Under the pieces are notes generated by a model, which was given only the letters and a program-made list of their open reading frames with translations, did not search any database and was not told where the DNA came from. From the human T2T-CHM13v2.0 reference genome, Homo sapiens, in assembly GCF_009914755.1 (NCBI RefSeq), contig NC_060943.1: a stretch of DNA of 64,000 nt; one strand, given 5' to 3'. Positions within the stretch are counted from its first letter, which is position 1, and every line of letters begins with the position of its first letter. Below, piece by piece: positions 23,511-37,039 of this stretch. Both the position numbers and the translations under genes were made by a program.

Positions 23511-26500
23511 TTCAATGGTAGAATAGGAAATATCTTCCTATAGAAACTACACAGAATGATTCTCAGAAACTCCTTTGTGATGTGTGCGTTCAACTCACAG
23601 AGTTCAACCTTTCTTTTCATAGAGCAGTTGGGAAACACTCTGTTTGTAAAGTCTGCAAGTGGATATTCAGACTTCTTTGAGGCCTTCGTTGGAAGCGGGA
23701 TTTCTTCATATTCTGCTAGACAGAAGAATTCTCAGTAACTTCCTTGTGTTGTGTGTATACAACTCACAGAGTTGAACGATCCTTTACACAGAGCAGACTT
23801 GAAACACTCTTTTTGTGGAATTTGCAAGTGGAGATTTCAGCCGCTTTGAGGTCAATGGTAGAATAGGAAATATCTTCCTATAGAAACTAGACAGAATGAT
23901 TCTCAGAAACTCCTTTGTGATGTGTGCGTTCAACTCACAGAGTTTAACCTTTCTCTTCATAGAGCAGTTAGGAAACACTCTGTTTGTAAAGTCTGCAAGT
24001 GGATATTCAGATATCCTTGAGGCTTTCGTTGGAAACGGGATTTCTTCATATTCTGCTAGAAAGAAGAATTCTCAGTAACTTCCTTGTGTTGTGTGTATTC
24101 AACTCACCGAGTTGAACGATCCTTTACACAGAGCAGACTTGAAACACTCTTTTTGTGGAATTTGCAAGTGGAGATTTCAGCCGCTTTCAGGTCAAAGGTA
24201 GAATAGGAAATATCTTCCTATAGAAACTAGACAGAATGATTCTCAGAAACTCCTTTGTGATGTGTGCGTTCAACTCACAGAGTTTAACCTTTCTTTTCAT
24301 AGAGCAGTTAGGAAACACTCTGTTTGTAAATTCTGCAAGTGGATATTCAGACCTCCTTAAGGCCTTCGTTGGAAACGGGATTTCTTCATATTATGCTAGA
24401 CAGAAGAATTCTCAGTAACTTGCTTGTGTTGTGTGTATTCAACTCACAGAGTTGAACGATCCTTTACACAGAGCAAACTTGAAACACTCTTTTTGTGGAA
24501 TTTGCAAGTGGAGATTTCAGCCGCTTTGAGGTCAATGGTAGAATAGGAAATATCTTCCTATAGAAACTAGACAGAATGATTCTGAGAAACTCCTTTGTGA
24601 TGTGTGCGTTCAACTCACACAGTTTAACCTTTCTTATCATAGAGCTGTTAGGAAACACTCTGTTTGTAAAGTCTGCAAGTGGATATTCCGACCTCCTTGA
24701 GGCCTTCGTTGGAAACGGTATTTCTTCATATTATGCTAGACAGAAGAATTCTCAGTAACTTCCTTGTGTTGTGTGTATTCAACTCACAGAGTTGAACGAT
24801 CCTTTACACAGAGCAGACTTGAAACACTCTTTTTGTGGAATTTGCAAGTGGAGATTTCAGCCGCTTTGAGTTCAATGGTAGAATAGGAAATATCTTCCTA
24901 TAGAAACTAGACAGAATGATTCTCAGAAACTCCTTTGTGATGTGTGCGTTCAACTCACAGAGTTCAACCTTTCTTTTCATAGAGCAGTTGGGAAACACTC
25001 TGTTTGTAAAGTCTGCAAGTGGATATTCAGACTTCTTTGAGGCCTTCGTTGGAAGCGGGATTTCTTCATGTTCTGCTAGACAGAAGAATTCTCAGAAACT
25101 TCCTTGTGTTGTGTGTTTTCAACTCACAGAGTTGAACGATCCTTTACACAGAGCAGACTTGAAACACTCCTTTTGTGGAATTTGCAAGTGGAGATTTCAG
25201 CCGCTTTGAGGTCAATGGTAGAATAGGAAATATCTTCCTATAGAAAGTAGACAGAATGATTGTCAGAAACTCCTTTGTGATGTGTGCGTTCAACTCACAG
25301 AGTTTAACCTTTCTTTTCATAGAGCAGTTAGGAAACACTCTGTTTGTAAAGTCTGCAAGTGGATATTCAGACTTCTTTGAAGCCTTCGTTGGAAGCGGGA
25401 TTTCTTCATATTCTGCTAGAAAGAAGAATTCTCAGTAACTTCCTTGTGTTGTGTGTATTCAACTCACAGAGTTGAACGATCCTTTACACAGAGCAGACTT
25501 GAAACACTCTTTTTGTGGAATTTGCAAGTGGAGATTTCAGCCGCTTTGAGGTCAATGGTAGAATAGGAAATATCTTCCTATAGAAAGTAGACAGAATGAT
25601 TCTCAGAAACTCCTTTGTGATGTGTGCGTTCAACTCACAGAGTTTAACCTTTCTTTTCATAGAGCAGTTAGGAAACACTCTGTTTGTAAAGTCTGCAAGT
25701 GGATATTCAGACCTCCTTGAGGCCTTCGTTGGAAGCGGGATTTCTTCATGTTCGGCTAGACAGAAGAATTCTCAGGAACTTCCTTGTGTTGTGTGTTTTC
25801 AACTCACAGAGTTGAACGATCCTTTACACAGAGCAGACTTGAAACACTCCTTTTGTGGAATTTGCAAGTGGAGATTTCAGCCGCTTTGAGGTCAATGGTA
25901 GAATAGGAAATATCTTCCTATAGAAACTAGACAGAATGATTCTGAGAAATCCTTTGTGATGTGTGCGTTCAACTCACAGAGTTTAACCTTTCTTTTCATA
26001 GAGCAGTTAGGAAACACTCTGTTTGTAAAGTCTGCAAGTGGATATTCAGACCTCCTTGAGGCCTTCGTTGGAAACGGGATTTCTTCATATTATGCTAGAC
26101 AGAGGAATTCTCAGGAACTTCCTTGTGTTGTGTGTATTCAACTCACAGAGTTGAACGATCCTTTACACAGAGCAGACTTGAAACACTCTTTTTGTGGAAT
26201 TTGCAAGTGGAGATTTCAGCCGCTTTGAGTTCAATGGTAGAATAGGAAATATCTTCCTATAGAAACTACACAGAATGATTCTCAGAAACTGCTTTGTGAT
26301 GTGTGCGTTCAACTCACAGAGTTCAACCTTTCTTTTCATAGAGCAGTTGGGAAACACTCTGTTTGTAAAGTCTGCAAGTGGATATTCAGACTTCTTTGAG
26401 GCCTTCGTTGGAAGCGGGATTTCTTCATATTCTGCTAGACAGAAGAATTCTCAGTAACTTCCTTGTGTTGTGTGTATTCAACTCACAGAGTTGAACGATC

Positions 26501-29500
26501 CTTTACACAGAGCAGACTTGAAACACTCTTTTTGTGGAATTTGCAAGTGGAGATTTCAGCCGCTTTGAGGTCAATGGTAGAATAGGAAATATCTTCCTAT
26601 AGAAACTAGACAGAATGATTCTCAGAAACTCCTTTGTGATGTGTGCGTTCAACTCACAGAGTTCAACCTTTCTTTTCATAGAGCAGTTGGGAACCACTCT
26701 GTTTGTAAAGTCTGCAAGTGGATATTCAGACTTCTTTGAGGCCTTCGTTGGAAGCGGGATTTCTTCATGTTCTGCTAGACAGAAGAATTCTCAGAAACTT
26801 CCTTGTGTTGTGTGTTTTCAACTCACAGAGTTGAACGATCCTTTACACAGAGCAGACTTGAAACACTCCTTTTGTGGAATTTGCAAGTGGAGATTTCAGC
26901 CGCTTTGAGGTCAATGGTAGAATAGGAAATATCTTCCTATAGAAAGTAGACAGAATGATTCTCAGAAACTCCTTTGTGATGTGTGCGTTCAACTCACAGA
27001 GTTTAACCTTTCTTTTCATAGAGCAGTTAGGAAACACTCTGTTTGTAAAGTCTGCAAGTGGATATTCAGACCTCCTTGAGGCCTTCGTTGGAAACGGGAT
27101 TTCTTCATATTATGCTAGACAGAAGAATTCTCAGTAACTTCCTTGTGTTGTGTGTATTCAACTCACAGAGTTGAACGATCCTTTACACAGAGCAGACTTG
27201 AAACACTCTTTTTGTGGTATTTGCAAGTGGAGATTTCAGCCGCTTTGAGTTCAATGGTAGAATAGGAAATATCTTCCTATAGAAACTAGACAGAATGATT
27301 CTCAGAAACTCCTTTGTGATGTGTGCGTTCAACTCACAGAGTTCAACCTTTCTTTTCATAGAGCAGTTGGGAAACACTCTGTTTGTAAAGTCTGCAAGTG
27401 GATATTCAGACTTCTTTGAGGCCTTCGTTGGAAGCGGGATTTCTTCATGTTCTGCTAGACAGAAGAATTCTCAGAAACTTCCTTGTGTTGTGTGTTTTCA
27501 ACTCACAGAGTTGAACGATCCTTTACACAGAGCAGACTTGAAACACTCCTTTTGTGGAATTTGCAAGTGGAGATTTCAGCCGCTTTGAGGTCAATGGTAG
27601 AATAGGAAATATCTTCCTATAGAAAGTAGACAGAATGATTCTCAGAAACTCCTTTGTGATGTGTGCGTTCAACTCCAAGAGTTTAACCTTTCTTTTCATA
27701 GAGCAGTTAGGAAACACTCTGTTTGTAAAGTCTGCAAGTGGATATTCAGACCTCCTTGAGGCATTCGTTGGAAACGGGATTTCTTCATATTATGCTAGAC
27801 AGAAGAATTCTCAGTAACTTCCTTGTGTTGTGTGTATTCAACTCACAGAGTTGAACGATCCTTTACACAGAGCAGACTTGAAACACTCTTTTTGTGGAAT
27901 TTGCAAGTGGAGATTTCAGCCGCTGTGAGTTCAATGGTAGAATAGGAAATATCTTCCTATAGAAACTAGACAGAATGATTCTCAGAAACTCCTTTGTGAT
28001 GTGTGCGTTCAACTCACAGAGTTCAACCTTTCTTTTCATAGAGCAGTTGGGAAACACTCTGTTTGTAAAGTCTGCAAGTGGATATTCAGACTTCTTTGAG
28101 GCCTTCGTTGGAAGCGGGATTTCTTCATATTCTGCTAGACAGAAGAATTCTCAGTAACTGCCTTGTGTTGTGTGTATTCAACTCACAGAGTTGAACGATC
28201 CTTTACACAGAGCAGACTTGAAACACTCTTTTTGTGGAATTTGCAAGTGGAGATTTCAGCCGCTTTGAGGTCAATGGTAGAATAGGAAATATCTTCCTAT
28301 AGAAAATAGACAGAATGATTCTCAGAAACTCCTTTGTGATGTGTGCGTTCAACTCACAGAGTTTAACCTTTCTTTTCATAGAGCAGTTAGGAAACACTCT
28401 GATTGTAAAGTCTGCAAGTGGATATTCAGACCTCCTTGAGGCCTTCGTTGGAAACGGGATTTCTTCATATTATGCTAGACAGAAGAATTCTCAGTAACTT
28501 CCTTGTGTTGTGTGTATTCAACTCACAGAGTTGAACGATCCTTTACACAGAGCAGACTTGAAACACTCTTTTTGTGGAATTTGCAAGTGGAGATTTCAGC
28601 CGCTTTGAGGTCAATGGTAGAATAGGAAATATCTTCCTATAGAAACTAGACAGAATGATTCTCAGAAACTCCTTTGTGATGTGTGCGTTCAACTCACAGA
28701 GTTCAACCTTTCTTTTCATAGAGCAGTTGGGAAACACTCTGTTTGTAAAGTCTGCAAGTGGATATTCAGACTTCTTTGAGGCCTTCGTTGGAAGCGGGAT
28801 TTCTTCATATTCTGCTAGACAGAAGAATTCTCAGTAAGTGCCTTGTGTTGTGTGTATTCAACTCACAGAGTTGAACGATCCTTTACACAGAGCAGACTTG
28901 AAACACTCTTTTTGTGGAATTTGCAAGTGGAGATTTCAGCCGCTTTGAGGTCAATGGTAGAATAGGAAATATCTTCCTATAGAAACTAGACAGAATGATT
29001 CTTAGAAACTCCTTTGTGATGTGTGCGTTCAACTCACAGAGTTTACCCTTTCTTTTCATAGAGCAGTTAGGAAACACTCTGTTTGTAAAGTCTGCAAGTG
29101 GATATTCAGACATCCTTGAGGCTTTCGTTGGAAACGGGATTTCTTCATATTCTGCCAGAAAGAAGAATTCTCAGTAACTTCCTTGTGTTGTGTGTATTCA
29201 ACTCACAGAGTTGAACGATCCTTTACACAGAGCAGACTTGAAACACACTTTTTGTGGAATTTGCAAGTGGAGATTTCAGCCGCTTTGAGGTCAATGGTAG
29301 AATAGGAAATATCTTCCTATAGAAACTAGACAGAATGATTCTCAGAAACTCCTTTGTGATGTGTGCGTTCAACTCACAGAGTTTAACCTTTCTTTTCATA
29401 GAGCAGTTAGGAAACACTCTGTTTGTTCAGTCTGCAAGTGGATATTCAGACATCCTTGAGGCTTTCGTTGGAAACGGGATTTCTTCATATTCTGCTAGAA

Positions 29501-32500
29501 AGAAGAATTCTCAGTAACTTCCTTGTGTTGTGTGTATTCAACTCACAGAGTTGAACGATCCTTTACACAGAGCAGACTTGAAACACTCTTTTTGTGGAAT
29601 TTGCAAGTGGAGATTTCAGCCGCTGTGAGGTCAATGGTAGAATAGGAAATATCTTCCTATAGAAACTAGACAGAATGATTCTCAGAAACTCCTTTGTGAT
29701 GTGTGCGTTCAACTCACAGAGTTTAACCTTTCTTTTCATAGAGCAGTTGGGAAACACTCTGTTTGTAAAGTCTGCAAGTGGATATTCAGACATCCTTGAG
29801 GCTTTCGTTGGAAACGGGATTTCTTCATATTCTGCTAGAAAGAAGAATTCTCAGTAACTTCCTTGTGTTGTGTGTATTCAACTCACAGAGTTGAACGATC
29901 CTTTACACAGAGCAGACTTGAAACACTCTTTTTGTGGAATTTGCAAGTGGAGATTTCAGCCGCTTTGAGGTCAATGGTAGAATAGGAAATATCTTCCTAT
30001 AGAAACTAGACAGAATGATTCTCAGAAACTCCTTTGTGATGTGTGCGTTCAACTCACACAGTTTAACCTTTCTTTTCATAGAGCAGTTAGGAAACACTCT
30101 GTTTGTAAAGTCTGCAAGTGGATATTCAGACCTCCTTGAGGCCTTCGTTGGAAACGGGATTTCTTCATATTATGCTAGACAGAAGAATTCTCAGTAACTT
30201 CCTTGTGTTGTGTGTATTCAACTCACAGAGTTGAACGATCCTTTACACAGAGCAGACTTGAAACACTCTTTTTGTGGAATTTGCAAGTGGAGATTTCAGC
30301 CGCTTTGAGTTCAATGGTAGAATAGGAAATATCTTCCTATAGAAACTAGACAGAATGATTCTCAGAAACTCCTTTGTGATGTGTGCGTTCAACTCACAGA
30401 GTTCAACCTTTCTTTTCATAGAGCAGTTGGGAAACACTCTGTTTGTAAAGTCTGCAAGTGGATATTCAGACTTCTTTGAGGCCTTCGTTGGAAGCGGGAT
30501 TTCTTCATATTCTGCTAGACAGAAGAATTCTCAGAAACTTCCTTGTGTTGTGTGTTTTCAACTCACAGAGTTGAACGATCCTTTACACAGAGCAGACTTG
30601 AAACACTCCTTTTGTGGAATTAGCAAGTGGAGATTTCAGCCGCTTTGAGGTCAACGGTAGAATAGGAAATATCTTCCTATAGAAAGTAGACAGAATGATT
30701 CTCAGAAACTCCTTTGTGATGTGTGCGTTCAACTCACAGAGTTTAACCTTTCTTTTCATAGAGCAGTTAGGAAACACTCTGTTTGTAAAGTCTGCAAGTG
30801 GATATTCAGACCTCCTTGAGGCCTTCGTTGGAAACGGGATTTCTTCATATTATGCTAGACAGAAGAATTCTCAGTAACTTCCTTGTGTTGTGTGTATTCA
30901 ACTCACAGAGTTGAACGATCCTTTACACAGAGCAGACTTGAAACACTCTTTTTGTGGAATTTGCAAGTGGAGATTTCAGCCGCTTTGAGATCAATGGTAG
31001 AATAGGAAATATCTTCCTATAGAAACTAGACAGAATGATTCTCAGAAACTCCTTTGTGATGTGTGCGTTCAACTCACAGAGTTTAACCTTTCTTTTCATA
31101 GAGCAGTTAGGAAACACTCTGTTTGTAAAGTCTGCAAGTGGATATTCAGACTTCTTTGAGGCCTTCGTTGGAAGCGGGATTTCTTCATATTCTGCTAGAC
31201 AGAAGAATTCTCAGTAACTTCCTTGTGTTGTGTGTATTCAACTCACAGAGTTGAACGATCCTTTACACAGAGCAGACTTGAAACACTCTTTTTGTGGAAT
31301 TTGCAAGTGGAGATTTCAGCCGCTTTGAGGTCAATGGTAGAATAGGAAATATCTTCCTATAGAAACTAGACAGAATGATTCTCAGAAACTCCTTTGTGAT
31401 GTGTGCGTTCAACTCACACAGTTTAACCTTTCTTTTCATAGAGCAGTTAGGAAACACTCTGTTTGTAAAGTCTGCAAGTGGATATTCAGACATCCTTGAG
31501 GCTTTCGTTGGAAACGGGATTTCTTCATATTCTGCTAGAAAGAAGAATTCTCAGTAACTTCCTTGTGTTGTGTGTATTCAACTCACAGAGTTGAACGATC
31601 CTTTACACAGAGCAGACTTGAAACACTCCTTTTGTGGAATTTGCAAGTGGAGATTTCAGCCGCTTTGAGGTCAATGGTAGAATAGGAAATATCTTCCTAT
31701 AGAAACTAGACAGAATGATTCTCAGAAACTCCTTTGTGATGTGTGCGTTCAACTCACAGAGTTTAACCTTTCTTTTCATAGAGCAGTTGGGAAACACTCT
31801 GTTTGTAAAGTCTGCAAGTGGATATTCAGACATCCTTGAGGCTTTCGTTGGAAACGGGATTTCTTCATATTCTGCTAGAAAGAAGAATTCTCAGTAACTT
31901 CCTTGTGTTGTGTGTATTCAACTCACAGAGTTGCACGATCCTTTACACAGAGCAGACTTGAAACACTCTTTTTGTGGAATTTGCAAGTGGAGATTTCAGC
32001 CGCTTTGAGGTCAATGGTAGAATAGGAAATATCTTCCTATAGAAACTAGACAGAATGATTCTCAGAAACTTCTTTGTGATGTTTGCGTTCAACTCACAGA
32101 GTTTAACCTTTCTTTTCATAGAGCAGTTAGGAAACACTCTGTTTGTAAAGTCTGCAAGTGGATATTCAGACCTCTTTGAGGCCTTCGTTGGAAGCGGGAT
32201 TTCTTCATGTTCTGCTAGACAGAAGAATTCTCAGAAACTTCCTTGTGTTGTGTGTTTTCAACTCACAGAGTTGAACGATCCTTTACACAGAGCAGACTTG
32301 AAACACTCCTTTTGTGGAATTTGCAAGTGGAGATTTCAGCCGCTTTGAGGTCAATGGTAGAATAGGAAATATCTTCCTATAGAAAGTAGACAGAATGATT
32401 CTCAGAAACTCCTTTGTGATGTGTGCGTTCAACTCACACAGTTTAACCTTTCTTTTCATAGAGCAGTTAGGAAACACTCTGTTTGTAAAGTCTGCAAGTG

Positions 32501-35500
32501 GATATTCAGACCTCCTTGAGGCTTTCGTTGGAAACGGGATTTCTTCATATTCTGCTAGAAAGAAGAATTCTCAGTAACTTCCTTGTGTTGTGTGTATTCA
32601 ACTAACAGAGTTGAACGATCCTTTACACAGAGCAGACTTGAAACACTCTTTTTGTGGAATTTGCAAGTGGAGATTTCAGCCGCTGTGAGGTCAATGGTAG
32701 AATAGGAAATATCTTCCTATAGAAACTAGACAGAATGATTCTCAGAAACTCCTTTGTGATGTGTGCGTTCAACTCACAGAGTTTAACCTTTCTTTTCATA
32801 GAGCAGTTGGGAAGCACTCTGTTTGTAAAGTCTGCAAGTGGATATTCAGACATCCTTGAGGCTTTCGTTGGAAAAGGGATTTCTTCATATTCTGCTAGAA
32901 AGAAGAATTCTCAGTAACTTCCTTGTGTTGTGTGTATTCAACTCACAGAGTTGAACGATCCTTTACACAGAGCAGACTTGAAACACTCTTTTTGTGGAAT
33001 TTGCAAGTGGAGATTTCAGCCGCTTTGAGTTCAATGGTAGAATAGGAAATATCTTCCTATAGAAACTACACAGAATGATTCTCAGAAACTGCTTTGTGAT
33101 GTGTGCGTTCAACTCACAGAGTTCAACCTTTCTTTTCATAGAGCAGTTGGGAAACACTCTGTTTGTAAAGTCTGCAAGTGGATATTCAGACTTCTTTGAG
33201 GCCTTCGTTGGAAGCGGGATTTCTTCATATTCTGCTAGACAAAAGAATTCTCAGTAACTTCCTTGTGTTGTGTGTATTCAACTCACAGAGTTGAACGATC
33301 CTTTACACAGAGCAGACTTGAAACACTCTTTTTGTGGAATTTGCAAGTGGAGATTTCAGCCGCTTTGAGGTCAATGGTAGAATAGGAAATATCTTCCTAT
33401 AGAAACTAGACAGAATGATTCTCAGAAACTCCTTTGTGATGTGTGCGTTCAACTCACAGAGTTCAACCTTTCTTTTCATAGAGCAGTTGGGAAACACTCT
33501 GTTTGTAAAGTCTGCAAGTGGATATTCAGACTTCTTTGAGGCCTTCGTTGGAAGCGGGATTTCTTCATGTTCTGCTAGACAGAAGAATTCTCAGAAACTT
33601 CCTTGTGTTGTGTGTTTTCAACTCACAGAGTTGAACGATCCTTTACACAGAGCAGACTTGAAACACTCCTTTTGTGGAATTTGCAAGTGGAGATTTCAGC
33701 CGCTTTGAGGTCAATGGTAGAATAGGAAATATCTTCATATAGAAACTAGACAGAATGATTCTCAGAAACTCCTTTGTGATGTGTGCGTTCAACTCACAGA
33801 GTTTAACCTTTCTTTTCATAGAGCAGTTAGGAAACACTCTGTTTGTAAAGTCTGCAAGTGGATATTCAGACCTCCTTGAGGCCTTCGTTGGAAACGGGAT
33901 TTCTTCATGTTCTGCTAGACAGAAGAATTCTCAGTAACTTCCTTGTGTTGTGTGTATTCAACTCACAGAGTTGAACGATCCTTTACACAGAGCAGACTTG
34001 AAACACTCTTTTTGTGGAATTTGCAAGTGGAGATTTCAGCCGCTTTGAGGTCAATGGTAGAATAGGAAATATCTTCCTATAGAAACTAGACAGAATGATT
34101 CTCAGAAACTCCTTTGTGATGTGTGCGTTCAACTCACAGAGTTCAACCTTTCTTTTCATAGAGCAGTTGGGAAACACTCTGTTTGTAAAGTCTGCAAGTG
34201 GATATTCAGACTTCTTTGAGGCCTTCGTTGGAAGCGGGATTTCTTCATGTTCTGCTAGACAGAAGAATTCTCAGTAACTTCCTTGTGTTGTGTGTATTCA
34301 ACTCACAGAGTTGAACGATCCTTTACACAGAGCAGACTTGAAACACTCTTTTTGTGGAATTTGCAAGTGGAGATTTCAGCCGCTTTGAGTTCAATGGTAG
34401 AATAGGAAATATCTTCCTATAGAAACTACACAGAATGATTCTCAGAAACTCCTTTGTGATGTGTGCGTTCAACTCACAGAGTTCAACCTTTCTTTTCATA
34501 GAGCAGTTGGGAAACACTCTGTTTGTAAAGTCTGCAAGTGGATATTCAGACTTCTTTGAGGCCTTCGTTGGAAGCGGGATTTCTTCATATTCTGCTAGAC
34601 AGAAGAATTCTCAGTAACTTCCTTGTGTTGTGTGTATTCAACTCACAGAGTTGAACGATCCTTTACACAGAGCAGACTTGAAACACTCTTTTTGTGGAAT
34701 TTGCAAGTGGAGATTTCAGCCGCTTTGAGGTCAATGTTAGAATAGGAAATATCTTCCTATAGAAACTAGACAGAATGATTCTCAGAAACTCCTTTGTGAT
34801 GTGTGCGTTCAACTCACAGAGTTTAACCTTTCTTTTCATAGAGCAGTTAGGAAACACTCTGTTTGTAAAGTCTGCAAGTGGATATTCAGATATCCTTGAG
34901 GCTTTCGTTGGAAACGGGATTTCTTCATATTCTGCTACAAAGAAGAATTCTCAGTAACTTCCTTGTGTTGTGTGTATTCAACTCACAGAGTTGAACGATC
35001 CTTTACACAGAGCAGACTTGAAACACTCTTTTTGTGGAATTTGCAAGTGGAGATTTCAGCCGCTTTCAGGTCAATGGTAGAATAGGAAATATCTTCCTAT
35101 AGAAACTAGACAGAATGATTCTCAGAAACTCCTTTGTGATGTGTGCGTTCAACTCACAGAGTTTAACCTTTCTTTTCATAGAGCAGTTGGGAAACACTCT
35201 GTTTGTAAAGTCTGCAAGTGGATATTCAGACCTCCTTAAGGCCTTCGTTGGAAACGGGATTTCTTCATATTATGCTAGACAGAAGAATTCTCAGTAACTT
35301 CCTTGTGTTGTGTGTATTCAACTCACAGAGTTGAACGATCCTTTACACAGAGCAGACTTGAAACACTCTTTTTGTGGAATTTGCAATTGGAGATTTCAGC
35401 CGCTTTGAGGTCAATGGTAGAATAGGAAATATCTTCCTATAGAAACTAGACAGAATGATTCTCAGAAACTCCTTTGTGATGTGTGCGTTCAACTCACACA

Positions 35501-37039
35501 GTTTAACCTTTCTTATCATAGAGCAGTTAGGAAACACTCTGTTTGTAAAGTCTGCAAGTGGATATTCCGACCTCCTTGAGGCCTTCGTTGGAAACGGGAT
35601 TTCTTCATATTATGCTAGACAGAAGAATTCTCAGTAACTTCCTTGTGTTGTGTGTATTCAACTCACAGAGTTGAACGATCCTTTACACAGAGCAGACTTG
35701 AAACACTCTTTTTGTGGAATTTGCAAGTGGAGATTTCAGCCGCTTTGAGTTCAATGGTAGAATAGGAAATATCTTCCTATAGAAACTAGACAGAATGATT
35801 CTCAGAAACTCCTTTGTGATGTGTGCGTTCAACTCACAGAGTTCAACCTTTCTTTTCATAGAGCAGTTGGGAAACACTCTGTTTGTAAAGTCTGCAAGTG
35901 GATATTCAGACTTCTTTGAGGCCTTCGTTGGAAGCGGGATTTCTTCATGTTCTGCTAGACAGAAGAATTCTCAGAAACTTCCTTGTGTTGTGTGTTTTCA
36001 ACTCACAGAGTTGAACGATCCTTTACACAGAGCAGACTTGAAACACTCCTTTTGTGGAATTTGCAAGTGGAGATTTCAGCCGCTTTCAGGTCAATGGTAG
36101 AATAGGAAATATCTTCCTATAGAAACTAGACAGAATGATTCTCAGAAACTCCTTTGTGATGTGTGCGTTCAACTCACAGAGTTTAACCTTTCTTTTCATA
36201 GAGCAGTTAGGAAACACTCTGTTTGTAAAGTCTGCAAGTGGATATTCAGACCTCCTTGAGGCCTTCGTTGGAAACAGGATTTCTTCATATTCTGCTAGAC
36301 AGAAGAATTCTCAGTAACTTCCTTGTGTTGTGTGTATTCAACTCACAGAGTTGAACGATCCTTTACACAGAGCAGACTTGAAACACTCTTTTTGTGGAAT
36401 TTGCAAGTGGAGATTTCAGCCGCTTTGAGTTCAATGGTAGAATAGGAAATATCTTCCTATAGAAACTAGACAGAATGATTCTCAGAAACTCCTTTGTGAT
36501 GTGTGCGTTCAACTCACAGAGTTCAACCTTTCTTTTCATAGAGCAGTTGGGAAACACTCTGTTAGTAAAGTCTGCAAGTGGATATTCAGACTTCTTTGAG
36601 GCCTTCGTTGGAAGCGGGATTTCTTCATGTTCTGCTAGACAGAAGAATTCTCAGAAACTTCCTTGTGTTGTGTGTTTTCAACTCACAGAGTTGAACGATC
36701 CTTTACACAGAGCAGACTTGAAACACTCCTTTTGTGGAATTTGCAAGTGGAGATTTCAGCCGCTTTGAGGACAATGGTAGAATAGGAAATATCTTCCTAT
36801 AGAAACTAGACAGAATGATTCTGAGAAATCCTTTGTGATGTGTGCGTTCAACTCACAGAGTTTAACCTTTCTTTTCATAGAGCAGTTAGGAAACACTCTG
36901 TTTGTAAAGTCTGCAAGTGGATATTCAGACCTCCTTGAGGCCTTCGTTGGAAACGGGATTTCTTCATATTCTGCTAGACAGAGGAATTCTCAGTAACTTC
37001 CTTGTGTTGTGTGTATTCAACTCACAGAGTTGAACGATC

